DNA of 64,000 nucleotides from Eledone cirrhosa (Eukaryota): NCBI GenBank assembly GCA_964016885.1, contig OZ024743.1, positions 163,928,001 to 163,992,000 of the forward strand, read 5' to 3'. Shown piece by piece: positions 12,901 to 25,874 of this stretch (position 1 is its first letter; each line of letters starts with the position of its first letter). The notes under the pieces were generated by a model. It saw only the letters and a program-made list of their open reading frames with translations, ran no database searches and was not told where the DNA came from. The position numbers and the translations under genes were made by a program.

Positions 12901-15399
12901 AGCAGTAAAGGGCGAGACGTACCCAGAAAGGACTCCAGGCGCCTAAAGAAGTCCGGTCGTCTGGCCCCTGTGGACGGCACCTTCTTTGCTACTGCTCACA
13001 TCCAAGACCACCAACTTACCGTCCGGGTCCCGGAAGATCGACCTTACCTCGAGATTCAGTCCTTTCCTAAACAGCACTACCACCCCACCTCCCATTCCCG
13101 GCCTGCTGTGTAGATCTGATAGTCGTCGAAAATGGGGCTAGTGCGCGCGTTGCGGAAATTCTGGTCTCGCTGACGGCAATCACATCCATTTCCAGCGACC
13201 TGAGGTCGTTGAGCAGGCGACGCTGCTTCCCGGGTGACCCCAGGCCGCGAACATTTAAACTTCTTACTCTTAATATGGCCATGTTGGCAAGCTAAAAGAG
13301 AGAGGGAAGGTTTACTTACCTCCCCGGATCTTGTGAAGGTCGGATGGTTTGACCTCCATGGTTGCTGGGGTTTTTTGGGGGGAACCCCTTTAAAAGTCTC
13401 GATGTGGGTTTCACATTCGGGGTTCCCACATCTTGAGGAAAGCTCTCCCGAATTTCTTTGAAGGAATCGAGTGATATTCGGACCAGAAGCAAATCTTCTG
13501 GCACGCAAAATGTGCTCATTTCAAAGATCTCCCCCTCTGTTTGAATGTCCTCGCTTCATGCTAAGAGGGCCATCAGTTTATCGTTGGCCCTTCTGACAAG
13601 CACAAAGTTTTTAACATTTTGTTGGTGTGGTTTTATTTGTTTTCGTTTTGGTGACTGTGGTGGTGGTGGTTTTAGTGGTGTTGTTTCGGGTATGTCTGTG
13701 GTTGTTGTAGGTGTGGTGTCTGCAATTTCAGGTATTTGTGTGTTTATTTGTACTTGTGTTTGTTTAGGTTGTTTGCGTTTCAGGGATTGTCGATGTTGGT
13801 GCTGATGTTATTGGGGAAGTGTTTGCGTTAGTGGTGTCTGTATTTTTTGTTGGGGCTTTTTTGGGGTGAGTTTTCTCTGTTTTGTTTTTGTACTTTTGGG
13901 TTTTCCTTCATCTTCGCTGCTGGAAGACAAAGGGTCTGTGGCTGTGAGTGTCTCTGTGTCTGTGTGTGCATTTATTGTTTTGTCTATGTGTATAATTAGA
14001 GGGGTAAGGAGAGTGGGAGAGCTTGGATTGGTTTCGGTGTTGGTGGTGGTCCGGCTGTTTTTGATGTTGGTGTTGTTTTTGGTGGTGGTGGTGCAGCTTT
14101 CCGTGCTGACACTGGCGTTGGCAACAAAGGTGGTTTGTGACCCCCTACATTCTTGCGCTGCAGGCAGAAGGCTTGCAGATGCGTTGCTTCCCCGCAGACG
14201 AAGCAGTGCGGCCTTCTTCCCTCAGTGACCAGTTGGATTATTGTCCCGTCCTTTAGGCGGGTAAAATCCGGGTTGTTGTTCATGTCCTCCGGTTTCATTT
14301 GGAGAAGAATCCCCAAATCCATTCCGGACCAGTCTTTTCTCTCTGTCCTTTTGATATCCAAGGGGGTAGTGTCTGTCCCCTCCTCGATTACGCATCCCAG
14401 GAGCCACCATATGTTCATTCCTGGTGGGATCCTGGAAATGCAGACCTTTACTGTCCTTTTACCCATGTAGGACGGGTTCATGATAATGCGTTCCGTTCTG
14501 CAACGGGTCACTGAGTGCTTAATAGCAAGGGCCTCGGTTGTGAACAGTACCGAGATGGTACCGAACTGTTTGGTCCTTGCTTTATACTCTATGTCACTTT
14601 CGATGCACTCCAAGCAGCCTAAACCTCTGCTTGGCTGGCAAGTTCCACTTTGCGTGTCTGCACTGAAATGCATCAAAAGTACACCGTCCTCCTTTGCATG
14701 GCCGCTATTGCCCTGTCCGGGATGGTCAGGATTGCCCAGGACTTCTCTCGTTTAATTAACCTCCACGCCTGGGCCAACTGTTCATCTTTATCGCTAATAT
14801 CAATATTCAATAAGCGCTTTGTTTTTGCTGCTGCTGCAGCAAAGGTGGTGCCTCTGTTGCTCTTGTTGTTGGTGTTGTCGTTATTGCTGTTGGTGTTGGT
14901 GTTGTTGTTGTTGTTTTATTTGTTGTTGCTGTTGCCACCGCCATCCGTGTTTACATTGAAGCTGTCAGTGTTATTGTTGTTGTTGTTCTGAGTCGTTGTT
15001 GTTGTGGTGGTGGTGGTGGTGGTGGTGATGTCGTTTTGAGATGATACTGCTACTAACACAGAAGAGAGCGGTTGTGATGGTAGCTTTTGTGTTTTGCCTT
15101 CACATTCAGTGGAATGGTCGACAGACATGTCTGTAGTAGTCGTAGTTGTGGTGAGATCTACAGTGGCTGCTTCTGAACTTTTGACCTGAACGTTGTTTAC
15201 CGTTTCAAGGTCGAAAATTTCCATTTTTTTTTTATTATGTGGGGAAGCGATTTTTTTCGAAGTTTTTAAAAATAAATCTGAATATTCGGGCGAGTACCTT
15301 ATGTTTCATTAACGACAAGAAAATACAAAAAATAATACTTTAAAACGGCTTACGAACCTTTTCCCCCGCGGACTTGTACGTCTTCATATATGTGCGTCC
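9945..15399 (-). mobile_element. L1/Tx1-clade non-LTR retrotransposon, near full length, decayed
   Basis: ORF1 from ATG 15224 with CCHC knuckle CFVCGEATHLQAFC. ORF2 from ATG 13282: SLNVRGL, GDWN, SDH, KSPGVDG, VRQGCPLS, AYADD, C-terminal C..C..ET..H...C. 3' GTGGCTAATAAATGAAA. Flanked by (AAT/GAT) tracts. Confidence 0.93.
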
Positions 15400-15659
15400 A
15401 TAATAATAAATAATGATGATAATAACAGCAAGCATAAACAAACTAAATGATGATGGTATTGCTAAATGAACTGTATGCACTCACACACACACACTGAAAC
15501 ATTCCTGCACACACTCACATATTCACCCATCCACAACTGTAATGACACAATATCTCACATTGAAAACATGATACATGAAAGAACGCAAGACAGCACCATC
15601 AGTCTCCCCACTAACACCAACAACAGCCACAATATCAGCACAGATACGACAGAATAATA

Positions 15660-16247
15660 ATGATAATAATGGCTTCTGATTTAGGCACAAGGCCAACAAT
15701 ATTTTGGGGGAAGAAGTCAACTAAATCACCCCGGTGCATTACTGGTACTTTATTTTATTGACCCCATTAGAATGAAAAGTTAAGCTAACCTCAGCAGGAT
15801 GTGAACTCTGGCTGGAATGATCTATAACTATTTGCTGCCAAGCATATGGTTCAGCACTCTACCAATACTGCCCCCCCCCCCCCCCACCACCACCACCACC
15901 ACCTAATAATAATTGTTTCTACTTTTGGCACAAGGCCAGCAATTATCCCAGTGCATTACTAGTGCTTTATTTTATAGATCCCGTAAGGATGAAAGGTAAA
16001 GTTAACCTCAGCGGGATTTGAATTCAGAATGTAAAGGGCCATAACTCTATGCTCCAGAGCATGGTGTCTGATGCTCTACCGATACTGCCAATCCACCGAA
16101 TAATAATGATTTCTAGTATAGGCAGAAGGCCAGTCATTTGGGGGGGAGAGGAAAGGCGATTAAATCGACCCCAGTACATTACTGGTACTTTATTTTATCG
16201 ACCCTGTAAGGATGAAAGGCAAAGTTAACCTCGGCAGGATTTGAACT
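15660..16247 (-). mobile_element. Three tandem SINE-B-type copies
   Basis: Three repeats of GGCACAAGGCC...GGATGAAAGG.AAAGTTAACCTC, each preceded by (AAT)n. Confidence 0.85.
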
Positions 16248-16399
16248 AATGATAATAATGATAATAGAAACATGAACTATGGAAGTATGGAAGATGATAC
16301 ATGAAATAAAGTGTCAATAAAAATATCATTTTTTAAGGAGTTCATATCAATATTTGTACAATAGTCTGTATTTCAATTGTCATATCGTTCAAGATGATG

Positions 16400-16800
16400 T
16401 ATTGTTGATCTTCTTGGTCCATGCACATGTGAGCCTGGTGAAAAGATGCATGTAGTTCATTATAACCTTGGACCGCAAGTTGATTCCATAGCATTTGAAT
16501 TTTAAGATTGCCACACATTCCTATATGCAGAGTCCGCACTTCCTACTGCCTAACGCGTATGGAGGCACACAATTTAGGATCTTCCACTTCAAGTTGAAAC
16601 TTTGATTCTCATCCTTGAGCTGCCATACACACACAGCCAGACTTGTGTGGGACCTCTAGTCCCCGTGTTTAAATGAGAACATGAAATTTAAAGTCCATAC
16701 TGTTGGATCCAGTATATGTGAAGTCCATGTTGTTGTATGTGGATACACTACAACTATACACCAACCCTGAGGCCTTGCAATTGTCAACTCATTGGAGTTG
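16400..16800 (-). mobile_element. Penelope-like GIY-YIG endonuclease remnant
   Basis: Hand translation TYTGS..FK...TSLAVCVWQLKDENQSFNLKWKILNCVPPYALGSRKCGLCI*E matches the PLE pieces at 25.5 and 49.6 kb. Confidence 0.7.
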
Positions 16801-16834
16801 ACAATTCACAATCATCAGCATTTTTGTGTGGGTA

Positions 16835-17030
16835 TATAGCGGTCGTACCTCTGGCAGTGGAGACTTCTGGTGTCCTCGGCCCCAGGGCTACCTCCTTACT
16901 CACCACCATAGGCGCTGAGCTGGCCAGCCGCAGATGTGAGCCCCGCGAGTTGGGGTGGCTCTTCCAGCGCGTCTCCCTCGCCGTCCTCCGAGGAAACGCC
17001 TTCTCCATTCTGTCCGCCGGGGCTGTGGGT
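16835..17030 (+). mobile_element. CRE-clade retrotransposon restriction-like endonuclease C-terminus
   Basis: VPLAVETSGVLGP...EPRE..WLFQRVSLAVLRGNA signature; GC-rich island. Confidence 0.8.
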
Positions 17031-17219
17031 GGGCCCCATCACCCCGTTGTAGTTGATGTAGAAGAAACAGGAAGACAATATCTAAACTATAACTTTACAT
17101 TGTTATATGTGTGTGTGTATATATGTGTTAAGCTAGTACATGTTATTTATGAATCATGAAAAGAGAGAGAGAGAAAGAGTGTGAAGGAATAACAACTTGA
17201 CCATATGGTCAAGTTGTTA

Positions 17220-17554
<335 letters not shown>

Positions 17555-17840
17555 ATACATTTTACTACTTGATGAAGGAAAAAGACTTAAGGGCAATGAT
17601 TGTAGAGAGATAAATAGAAAAGGCTGTTTGGTGAGAGTGAGAGAGGGGGTAGATAGATTGTGTTCAAGAAAGAGATAGTGAGAAAGAGACTGTGTTTGAG
17701 AGAGAGTGAGAGTAGAGAGAGAGCATGCTTCTCATGCCTGCCCTGTTCAGCTACCTCCTATCATGTCATTAAACATTTCTTTCTTCTATGCCTTGATCTA
17801 CTAATACTACTACTGTCATCACTACCACTACTGCTGCTGT

Positions 17841-17871
<31 letters not shown>

Positions 17872-18659
17872 TGTGTCACCAGCTTGTCCTTTCTTTGTCC
17901 AACAGTCTTGCACTCTGTATTAAGTACACCTCCACCCCACCTCCCATCCATCATCTCCCACTGCTATGTCCAGTGTCACTTTCTTTTATCACCAGCTCCT
18001 ACCACAACCACCAACACTTTCACCACTAACACATATTTCTTTTTGTTCACTGACACCTACCAATGTAAGATTTTCTTCTTTGCCCCTCTCTACATTGTCT
18101 CATGGCACATCAAGAAGATAGCCTCTATATGGTCGCTTGAAATGCTAGAAATATCAGCAGTATCTCCCTCAATTACACACCACCACCACCTGAGCCTATT
18201 AACCCTTAGCCAAACTCTTAGATATTCAGATATTTTGGGAGGCCCTCTCTTCAATCTTTAACCCAACTACAGCAAAAAAAAAATGATGGAACCCCTACAT
18301 AGTCCCTACAGGGTCCTTATGCTTCAATCTATTCTTTCCACCACTGCACAGCCTCTCATGCCTCAACAGCCTACACCAATAATCATTTGAACTCTTAGAA
18401 ATAGCAGTCACATCACAATCCACCATCTTAGAAACGGGCACATTGGTTGATATGATCAGGAGTTACCTGCATATAGGAAGATGGAATGGTCCAGGCCTGG
18501 GCCATTTTACCCCATCACTGGAACTTTCAGGTAATTTGGGTCTCCTCTAGCACTTCAATCTGGTAACAGTGTCTCAGCAAAAAAGAAACAATACAAAATA
18601 CTAAAAGCTTCAGCCTCATTATCCTTATGAAGAATATAACCCTTGTCCTGGCTTGTATA

Positions 18660-18691
<32 letters not shown>

Positions 18692-18855
18692 CACCTGTAG
18701 CTTAACAGTCTACAACAGAATTTCTAAAGGCTGAGAACATCCTCAGCCTTTTTGAATTGTTGCTGTATCAAGGAAACTGGATATCATAGAGCTTCTCTCA
18801 TCTTTACCAGGATCTATAAACCCCAATATTACCATACATATATACATATAAAGTA

Positions 18856-19182
18856 GGTACATGGCTTAGTGGTTAGAGCATTGGCCTTGCAATCGAAAGG
18901 TTGTGAGTTTAATTCTCAGACCGGGTGATGTGTTGTTTCCTTGAGCAAGACACTTTATTTCACATTGCTCCAGTTTACTCAGCTGTAGAAATGAGATGAT
19001 AGGGACTGGGGTCCATATCATTCCACTGCAAAGTGGTCGTGGAGGTGCCACGGCAAAAAAGCACCCAGCACTCACTGTAAATGAGGTTGGTGTTAGGAAG
19101 GGCATCCAGCTGTAGAAATCAAGCCAGAATCAGTTCCCGTCCCACCCTTGCAAGCAGGGAAAAGCAGACGTAAAATGATGAT
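18856..19182 (+). mobile_element. SINE family A, full length
   Basis: Near-identical to 1407-1750. Confidence 0.9.
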
Positions 19183-19649
19183 ATATAAACTTCAAAAAAT
19201 TAACAGAGGACAAGACAATGAACGAAACAAGACAAAACAAAAAACAATTTTTTAAGGGGAAACCTTAAAAAATTATTTTTTAAAAAGCCGTTGAGATGGA
19301 CGTTGGCAGTTTCGACTGCTACCAATGGTGCTGCTGGTCCACCCAGGGTCACAGCATCTGACATTAAGCTAAATGCTGTCCAGTGGAATAAGAGATGAGA
19401 AACAGAACATTAATTTAAAACAATTAAGCTACAACAAGTACACATAGAATTTTATGTGACATCAAGGAAAAAGTGTGGCGCCTCTTCTAGCACGAGTCAT
19501 AAATGAAACAAAAGAAGAAAGTAAGATATTGTGTTGAAAAATGTAAGTCATTGCAATAAATGGTGGGAAAAGAGATAACACATATGACACATTAGTATTG
19601 ATAAAGTTGAAAAAATTAACAAAGAGGGGACAAGACAACAAACGGATCA

Positions 19650-20465
19650 TCATCATTGTTTTAACATCCATTTTCCCTGCTAGCAAGGGTTGGACGGATC
19701 CATACAAACAAAGTCAGTACTGAAGTGGAGCCACTGAACTCGCAGGCAGGCCGGGGTCGCACTTATATATGGTCCCACATTCCACTGAGTGCTCAGAAAA
19801 GGTTGTCATGCTTTTGACTCAACTGAGGGTCCTCCCAACCCTTTGTTTTGCAAGATTTCTATGGTTGAATGCCCTTCCTATCACTAACTACTTTTCAGTG
19901 TGTACTGGGTATGTTTATTGTGTAAATCTCCAACACAAGAGGGATAGGGAGGCAGCTGCTAGGAATGTGTGTAGGTGGGGGAACATGTGGGGAGTGTTGA
20001 TGAAGTATTGATGTTGAGAATAGCTGTCAGGGAGTGTTAGTGGAAGGGGGATGATAGGTCAGGTTGCATTGTATGTTGCAAGTCTGGTCTTCTTCAGCAC
20101 TGCATAGCGTCAGCCCTTGCAGTCTGTAGTCATTTCTGTTGTAAATTTAGCTTTCTAAGGTCAGTCCTTACAATCTTATCCAATGTGTTTCTAGGTCTAC
20201 CTCATCCACTGGAGTTTCTCTGCATTTCCTTATGCAGCTGCTATCTTCCATGCACATCACATACCCATACGAATGCAGTCTTCTCTATTACACACTACAT
20301 CCAATTCCTCTTATGCCAAGTTTTTCCTTCAGTTTACTTATGTTATGTTGCTCATGCACACTAACATTGCACATCCATTTCTTTCTATCCCCAACAGGTC
20401 TTCTGCAGTCAAGACCTATGTTTCACTGCTATGTAGCATTGCAATTCGCACACAGGCATCATACA
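19650..20465 (-). mobile_element. Old RTE 3' fragment
   Basis: Homologous to the LYDACVR..LH.SET and GHVM.ME regions; AGGAAGGGCATTCAACC motif and (GAT)n tail. Confidence 0.7.
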
Positions 20466-20559
20466 GTCTTTACACTGTGTGCACCTTTAGGAATTTCTGC
20501 CCACCCCTTTCTGAAATATCAAACAAGGCCACTTTCTTGAGGGTATCACCTTCCTGTCT

Positions 20560-20740
20560 TCTTTCATCATAAAGGTGAATAAGGGCTCTTTAAGCTGTAA
20601 ACCAGCAACCAAAAATGTTTTCTCTTGCAATTTGTTGATGGTCATGGCAAAACTAAGACTCACTAGAAAATGAAGTCATTTGAATTCAAATGGGACATCA
20701 GTGGGGATCAGAGGAATTCTTGGGACGAGTGGAATAGCAA
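20560..20740 (-). mobile_element. Helitron PIF1-type helicase remnant
   Basis: Hand translation PRIPLIPTDVPFEFK*LHFLVSLSFAMTINKLQEKTFLVAGLQLKEPLF. Confidence 0.75.
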
Positions 20741-20894
20741 CAACCTCACAACATAGTAACTAAGGACAAGACAAAGACACACAAGAACTAAATTAATAAA
20801 ACAAACCCGACACACACAGATAGAACAGGTAAACAACTAGTGACAACTAAATAAACATATAAATAAATAAATGAAAATAAGCAAATAAATAAAT

Positions 20895-21740
20895 CTAAAA
20901 ATGAAAGGCAGACTGTATGATGCTTGCATACGAACAGCTATGTTACATGGCAGTGAAACATGGGCATTGTGTGCAGAGGATCTGCGCAGAGTAGAGAGGA
21001 ACGAAGCATGCATGCTCCGCTGGATGTGTAATAGTAATATACGTGAACAGCAAAGCATAAAGGAACTAAGTGAGAAATTAGGTATAAGAGGGATCAGATG
21101 CTGTTTACTCGAGAGAAGACTACGTTGGTATGTTCACATGATGCGCATGAAAGACGACAGCTGTATAAAAAAGTGCAGGGCGATCAAAATTGACGGAAGT
21201 TACGGAGTAGGCAGACCCAGAAAACCTGGGACGATTTGATAAATTCAGACCTTACACACTTACACCTCTCTAAGACAATGTCACTGGACCGAGATCTTTG
21301 GCGCTATGCAGTATTACAGAAAACCCGCCTTGCCTAAGTACAAAGCGAAACCTACAGTCAGTGGGCACCTCTTAACCAAATATACACCCCCTCCCACTAC
21401 TCCAACCCCCACCCCCACCCCCATCAACACCACCCCTTTCTCTGTAAAGTTATGTTGGTACCACAACATCCAGTCTTAAATAAATGAGGTCGTGTAGGTG
21501 TCACAACAAAAAAAATACACAGTCCACACTGTAATGTGGCCGTGTAAGTAACACAGTAAAAACCTCCCAGTCCACACTGTAAACGTGGTTGGTGTTAGGA
21601 AGGGCATCCAGCCGTAGAAAACCTGTCAGAGAGTCCTATATGAGCAAGACGACCAATCTTGCCTCAAGTGGGACAATTCCCGTCTAAACCCATGCTAGCA
21701 TGGAAGATAAACATTAAACGATGATGATGATGATGATGAA
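20895..21740 (+). mobile_element. RTE (family A-like) 3' fragment
   Basis: ORF 20901-21239 MKGRLYDACIRTAMLHGSETW..RRLRWY..GRPRK; 3' UTR ends in (GAT)n. Confidence 0.88.
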
Positions 21741-22586
21741 AACACACACACACACAAACCCGGCTATAACGCATGCAGAGCACAAGTACACAGTTCACAA
21801 AAACAAGATGGTGTAGGACAGAACAAAGGAGAGACACAAAATAACAACAAAAGTAGTCACTGAGGAGGTCACAGAATGTGTAACAAAAGAGCTTTGATGA
21901 CAATCAACAACTAAACAACCAACTGGGAAATTATAATAATAAATTGAAGTGAAACCCAACAAGTGCATATGTTTTTATTGGGAGCATTACACTCAAAGTA
22001 TAACAATATATATATGCTAGTGAGGAAGATAGACATTAAACAATGATGATGATGATGATAGCAGTTCTTTTCTCACTTACAACTGCAGGGATCAGACGTG
22101 TGTCTTTTTTCTCTCGACCACACAGTCTTGAACTTAAGTTCTCTTCTCGAGTGGTCTTGGATTTCCTTACCTTAAGTTGCTCACACATTGCTCGGTTTGT
22201 TGTTTTTTTCGCTGTTTTTTCACTATTTTCTCTTTTCTTCCCTTTTGCTTTCCTTCCTTCCCTCCCTCCTCCGTTTTCCCAATAACTTATCCAGTTATTG
22301 ATGCCCTGGGGTGAGATATCTTGTCTTTAAAGCGTAGAAATATCCGAAACCCCCAGTAGACAACTGATGAGGAAAACTCCCCCCCCCCCCCCTTCTTGCT
22401 TTCTTCTTATTCCCACTGCATTTTAAGATACCTTAAATAGCAACTACACAGCCATTTCTATTCTCCATATATATAAGTAAGGATGGAAATAGCACAGAAG
22501 TATATTTAGAAAAAAGAACCGTTGATCATAGGCCTGTTGGGTAAAATCTGACCTGGGAGCTGCTGCTACTTCACTACTATTATTGT

Positions 22587-22776
22587 TGGTGGACTGGCAG
22601 TATCGGTAGAGGGTCAGACACTATGCTTTGCAGTATAGAGTTACGGCCCTTTATGATCTGAGTTCAAATCCCGCCGAGGTTAACTTTGCCTTTCATCCTT
22701 ACGGAGTCGATAAAATGAAGTACCAGTAATGTACTGGGTAATTGCTGGCCTTGTGCCAAAAGTAGAAACAATTATT
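22587..22776 (+). mobile_element. SINE family B, full length
   Basis: TGGCAGTATCGG A-box, GAGTTCAAATCC B-box, Meta-like domain and tail. Confidence 0.88.
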
Positions 22777-23279
22777 GTTGCTGCTACTACTATGATTACT
22801 TATCCCATCTATCACCTGCTACTGGCTATCAAAATGCTTTGAATTCATTAGTGGTCAGTAAGCAGAACATTTTCACCCTTGATAATTGAATTAGATCAGG
22901 GCAAAAAAATGGAGACTAAAGTTGGTTGTGGAGCACTGGTTCTCAGAGACCCAGGTCACATCCCTCTCCTTGCAATCTGAAGTTTCATCAATTCCTCTGC
23001 CACCATTTTGAATTATCATCTAGTAGTTTTTCACCCAAGCACCATATAAATATGAACAGGTTTTTCAAACTTCAATAACTATATAGGAGGTTTTTTGTGA
23101 ATTATTAACTCTTCATCTCCCTTACAAACAAGGTTATATTAAGGGGGATAGATATGTGAGAAAGAGATGATTATAATGAAAAAGATTTTATAATGAAAAA
23201 AATTAAAAAGTAAAGAAATAGTTGCCTGTAGGCCAGCTAAGAACCAGCTGTATTTCATTTGATATATACACAATATACA

Positions 23280-23333
23280 TTAGTCTTTCCCAGTTTGTAT
23301 TCCTCCTTTGGCTAAAATTCTTCTCCTTGGAGC
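23280..23333 (-). CDS. Candidate terminal coding exon (APRRRILAKGGIQTGKD*) of an unidentified host gene
   Basis: Acceptor ttttttattgcatgcattcag| in repeat-poor sequence; no homology recognised. Confidence 0.25.
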   Translation of the reverse strand, partial: APRRRILAKGGIQTGKD

Positions 23334-24899
23334 CTGAATGCATGCAATAAAAAACAAGGCTACTGAAAAATAATATGAAATAATTTTCATAAAAATCTGT
23401 TGTTAGATTTCATTAAGGCCATCTTTTCTTTTCTTTTTTTTTTTTTTTTTTTTTTTTTTCCAGTCCAAAATTCTATTCCTACAGACTTCTTAGGGCATAT
23501 ATAATTCTCATTGCCCAAAATATTAAGTAAATCAGTAACCATTTAATTCAAATTCAGTGTGATGCCACAGTACAGAATATGCTAGCATTTCATTAGCTTT
23601 TATGAAGAATTAATTTAAATAGCATGTCAGTGAAGGCTCCACCAACATGAAATGATTGCAACACACTTTCTTTGTTAGATTTCAAAATATATATCAGTAA
23701 TGAGGATTTCTTTATTTATTTCTTTATCATATTTTTTTAATTCTTTATTTATTAAAAATAATAGTAATAAGAATAATAATTAGTATCAGTCATTATAGGT
23801 GCTTTTATTATCAGTTTCAAATTTAGATTCTTTCTATTGCAAACTTTAAGCATACCTTAGACAATCTATACTCTGTATATTGTCTAGTTGTCTCTACTAA
23901 TTAATGCTAACCAGATAATAAATAAGAGAAGAAAAAAAAAAAAAAAAACAGGCTGATATATTGGTATTCGAATAATATAATTTGTACTAAAATATGCAAA
24001 TTGAATGTGTACCCTCATCTACTACTTTGACAGAGTGAGTAGTTATTAGAATAATATAATTTGTATTAAACACACATATTTTGAATGTAAACCATCACCT
24101 ATTTTGCAGACTTCCTTCTTTCTAACTATGAATGCATTTACAACCAATCAACTGTCAGCATAATAATAATTTATAGATATGTGAATGTTATTATCCTTCT
24201 CATGTTTGCATCATCATCATCATCATCATCATCATCACCATCACCATCACCACCACCACCACCACATGGCTATATTTCAATGCTGTTGTGAATTCAGCTG
24301 ACCTGTTTAAAAGCAGTATCTCGCCACTTGTTGCAATTTTTCCCTATCTGATACTATCTTTGTTATCAGCAATCATTAGTGGTGTTTATCATGGCATCAA
24401 CATATAGAGGTTGTTTGCTAAAGTTTAAAGTGCCTCTTTTACACTGTATCAGTTATTATATTTATCTAAAAACCCTTTATCATAATTTTATATAAGAATC
24501 TCTGTTAAGTTATGTTCCAAACATCAGTTTAATAATGAAAAAGTTATATTACTAAATCAATTCAAATTCTTGATTATTTTCAATATGGCAAGCCCTCATA
24601 TTCTAATAATATGCAAATGGGTACATTCATTTCAGGATACTACCATAAGTGATAGGGTATAAAAGTCTCTCAGCTACATGTTTCTTTGTGGTTGTTTGAA
24701 TGATATAGACACTTTCTGATGATGGACACAACTAATTGATTAAAAACATTTATCATTTTTTTCAATATACAAATAAATATGTATATTTGGCATGTTTACA
24801 TGTCTATATACTAAAAATGTCTAAATCTGTACACATATTTACACCATTTCGGTTACCTCTATTCTGTGTATATACAGATATAACTTCATTTAAATATAT

Positions 24900-25860
24900 A
24901 CAACAATAAATAAGAGAGACGGTTTTATTTGTACATCCCTATTTTATTTGTTACACATGTTTCGAAGATGTAACTCCCTTTCACGTTCTCTTCAGACAAA
25001 CATACAAACGAGATGTAATTTTCCATTGATATGTTACCAGTCGGATGTATTATGTGTGGGAGATAGTATTGTTGCTGGCATAGGTGATTGTAAGCTGGCT
25101 GGCTGGGGTATCAGGTTACAAGATTTGTCTCTTAATTCATAGTATGGTATTGTGGAACTGTTAATGTATTTGTTTGTTTTGTTTTGTTTTTCCGGACTAG
25201 ATTTTACTTATTTAGATATTAATTTTAATTTTAGATATTGGTACTTTGATGGTGATGTTATAATGTATCTATATATTTATGAATAGTTTAATAATTAGTT
25301 GATGGTCTATTTTATATTACTTATGGAAGTGTTAACTGTATACTCTGCGGAATGTCTTATATATTTTATGTAAACAAGTATTAAATATGTCAGAGCATTT
25401 ATTGATAATTTTGTGCCTACTATTTATGATGTGCAAAGTCTCTGTAGTTCAGAGGTCACACCCAGAAGATATAGATCCATTTATATAGGGAAAAGCAAGT
25501 GAAAGTTTTGACCAAGAAAAGGAGTATTGTACTTGGTTATTTTTTAGCGACCAAATCAATTCCGACAGGGCTGTGTTAGACCTTTTATCAGCTCTTTTAA
25601 AAGAGTGGCAATGGTTGTGCCATCTTTCCTTAAATCTAGTAAAGATTGTGCCAATATATCTATAAGTCTCACTACTCATTGTTACTCTACATTCATAAAC
25701 AATATTTCTATCTAAACAATTATTTTGCATAGGACATCTGTTATGGTCTCTACAATTATTCATGTTACTATTCACTGTTCTTTCTCTGTGTCTGTGTGTC
25801 TGTTGGTTTGTTTCATTTGTGTTAATGGTGTTATGTCTGTTGTTCAAGTTGCTGTTTAAT
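24900..25860 (-). mobile_element. Penelope-like element 3' part (GIY-YIG + pseudo-LTR)
   Basis: ORF 25449-25946: CPMQNNCL..IVYEC.V...YIGT..RFKERW.NH; hammerhead and AATAAA downstream. Confidence 0.88.
24947..25000 (-). ncRNA. Minimal type-I hammerhead ribozyme
   Basis: TTTGT-CTGAAGA-GAA[19 nt]TTC-GAAA-CATGTG-TA-ACAAA: intact core, perfect stem I, palindromic ACATGT in stem III. Confidence 0.82.
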
Positions 25861-25874
25861 CTATCAGTGTTTTT

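Noticed and set aside
18866-19105. Repeated 79-aa ORF MPFLTPTSFTVSAGC... (also at 27538 and 51164)
   Set aside because: Antisense frame of young SINE-A copies; identity reflects recent copying, not protein conservation.
23463-23526. Plus-strand acceptor after a long T tract
   Set aside because: Weak donor and no homology; the T tract may be a simple homopolymer.
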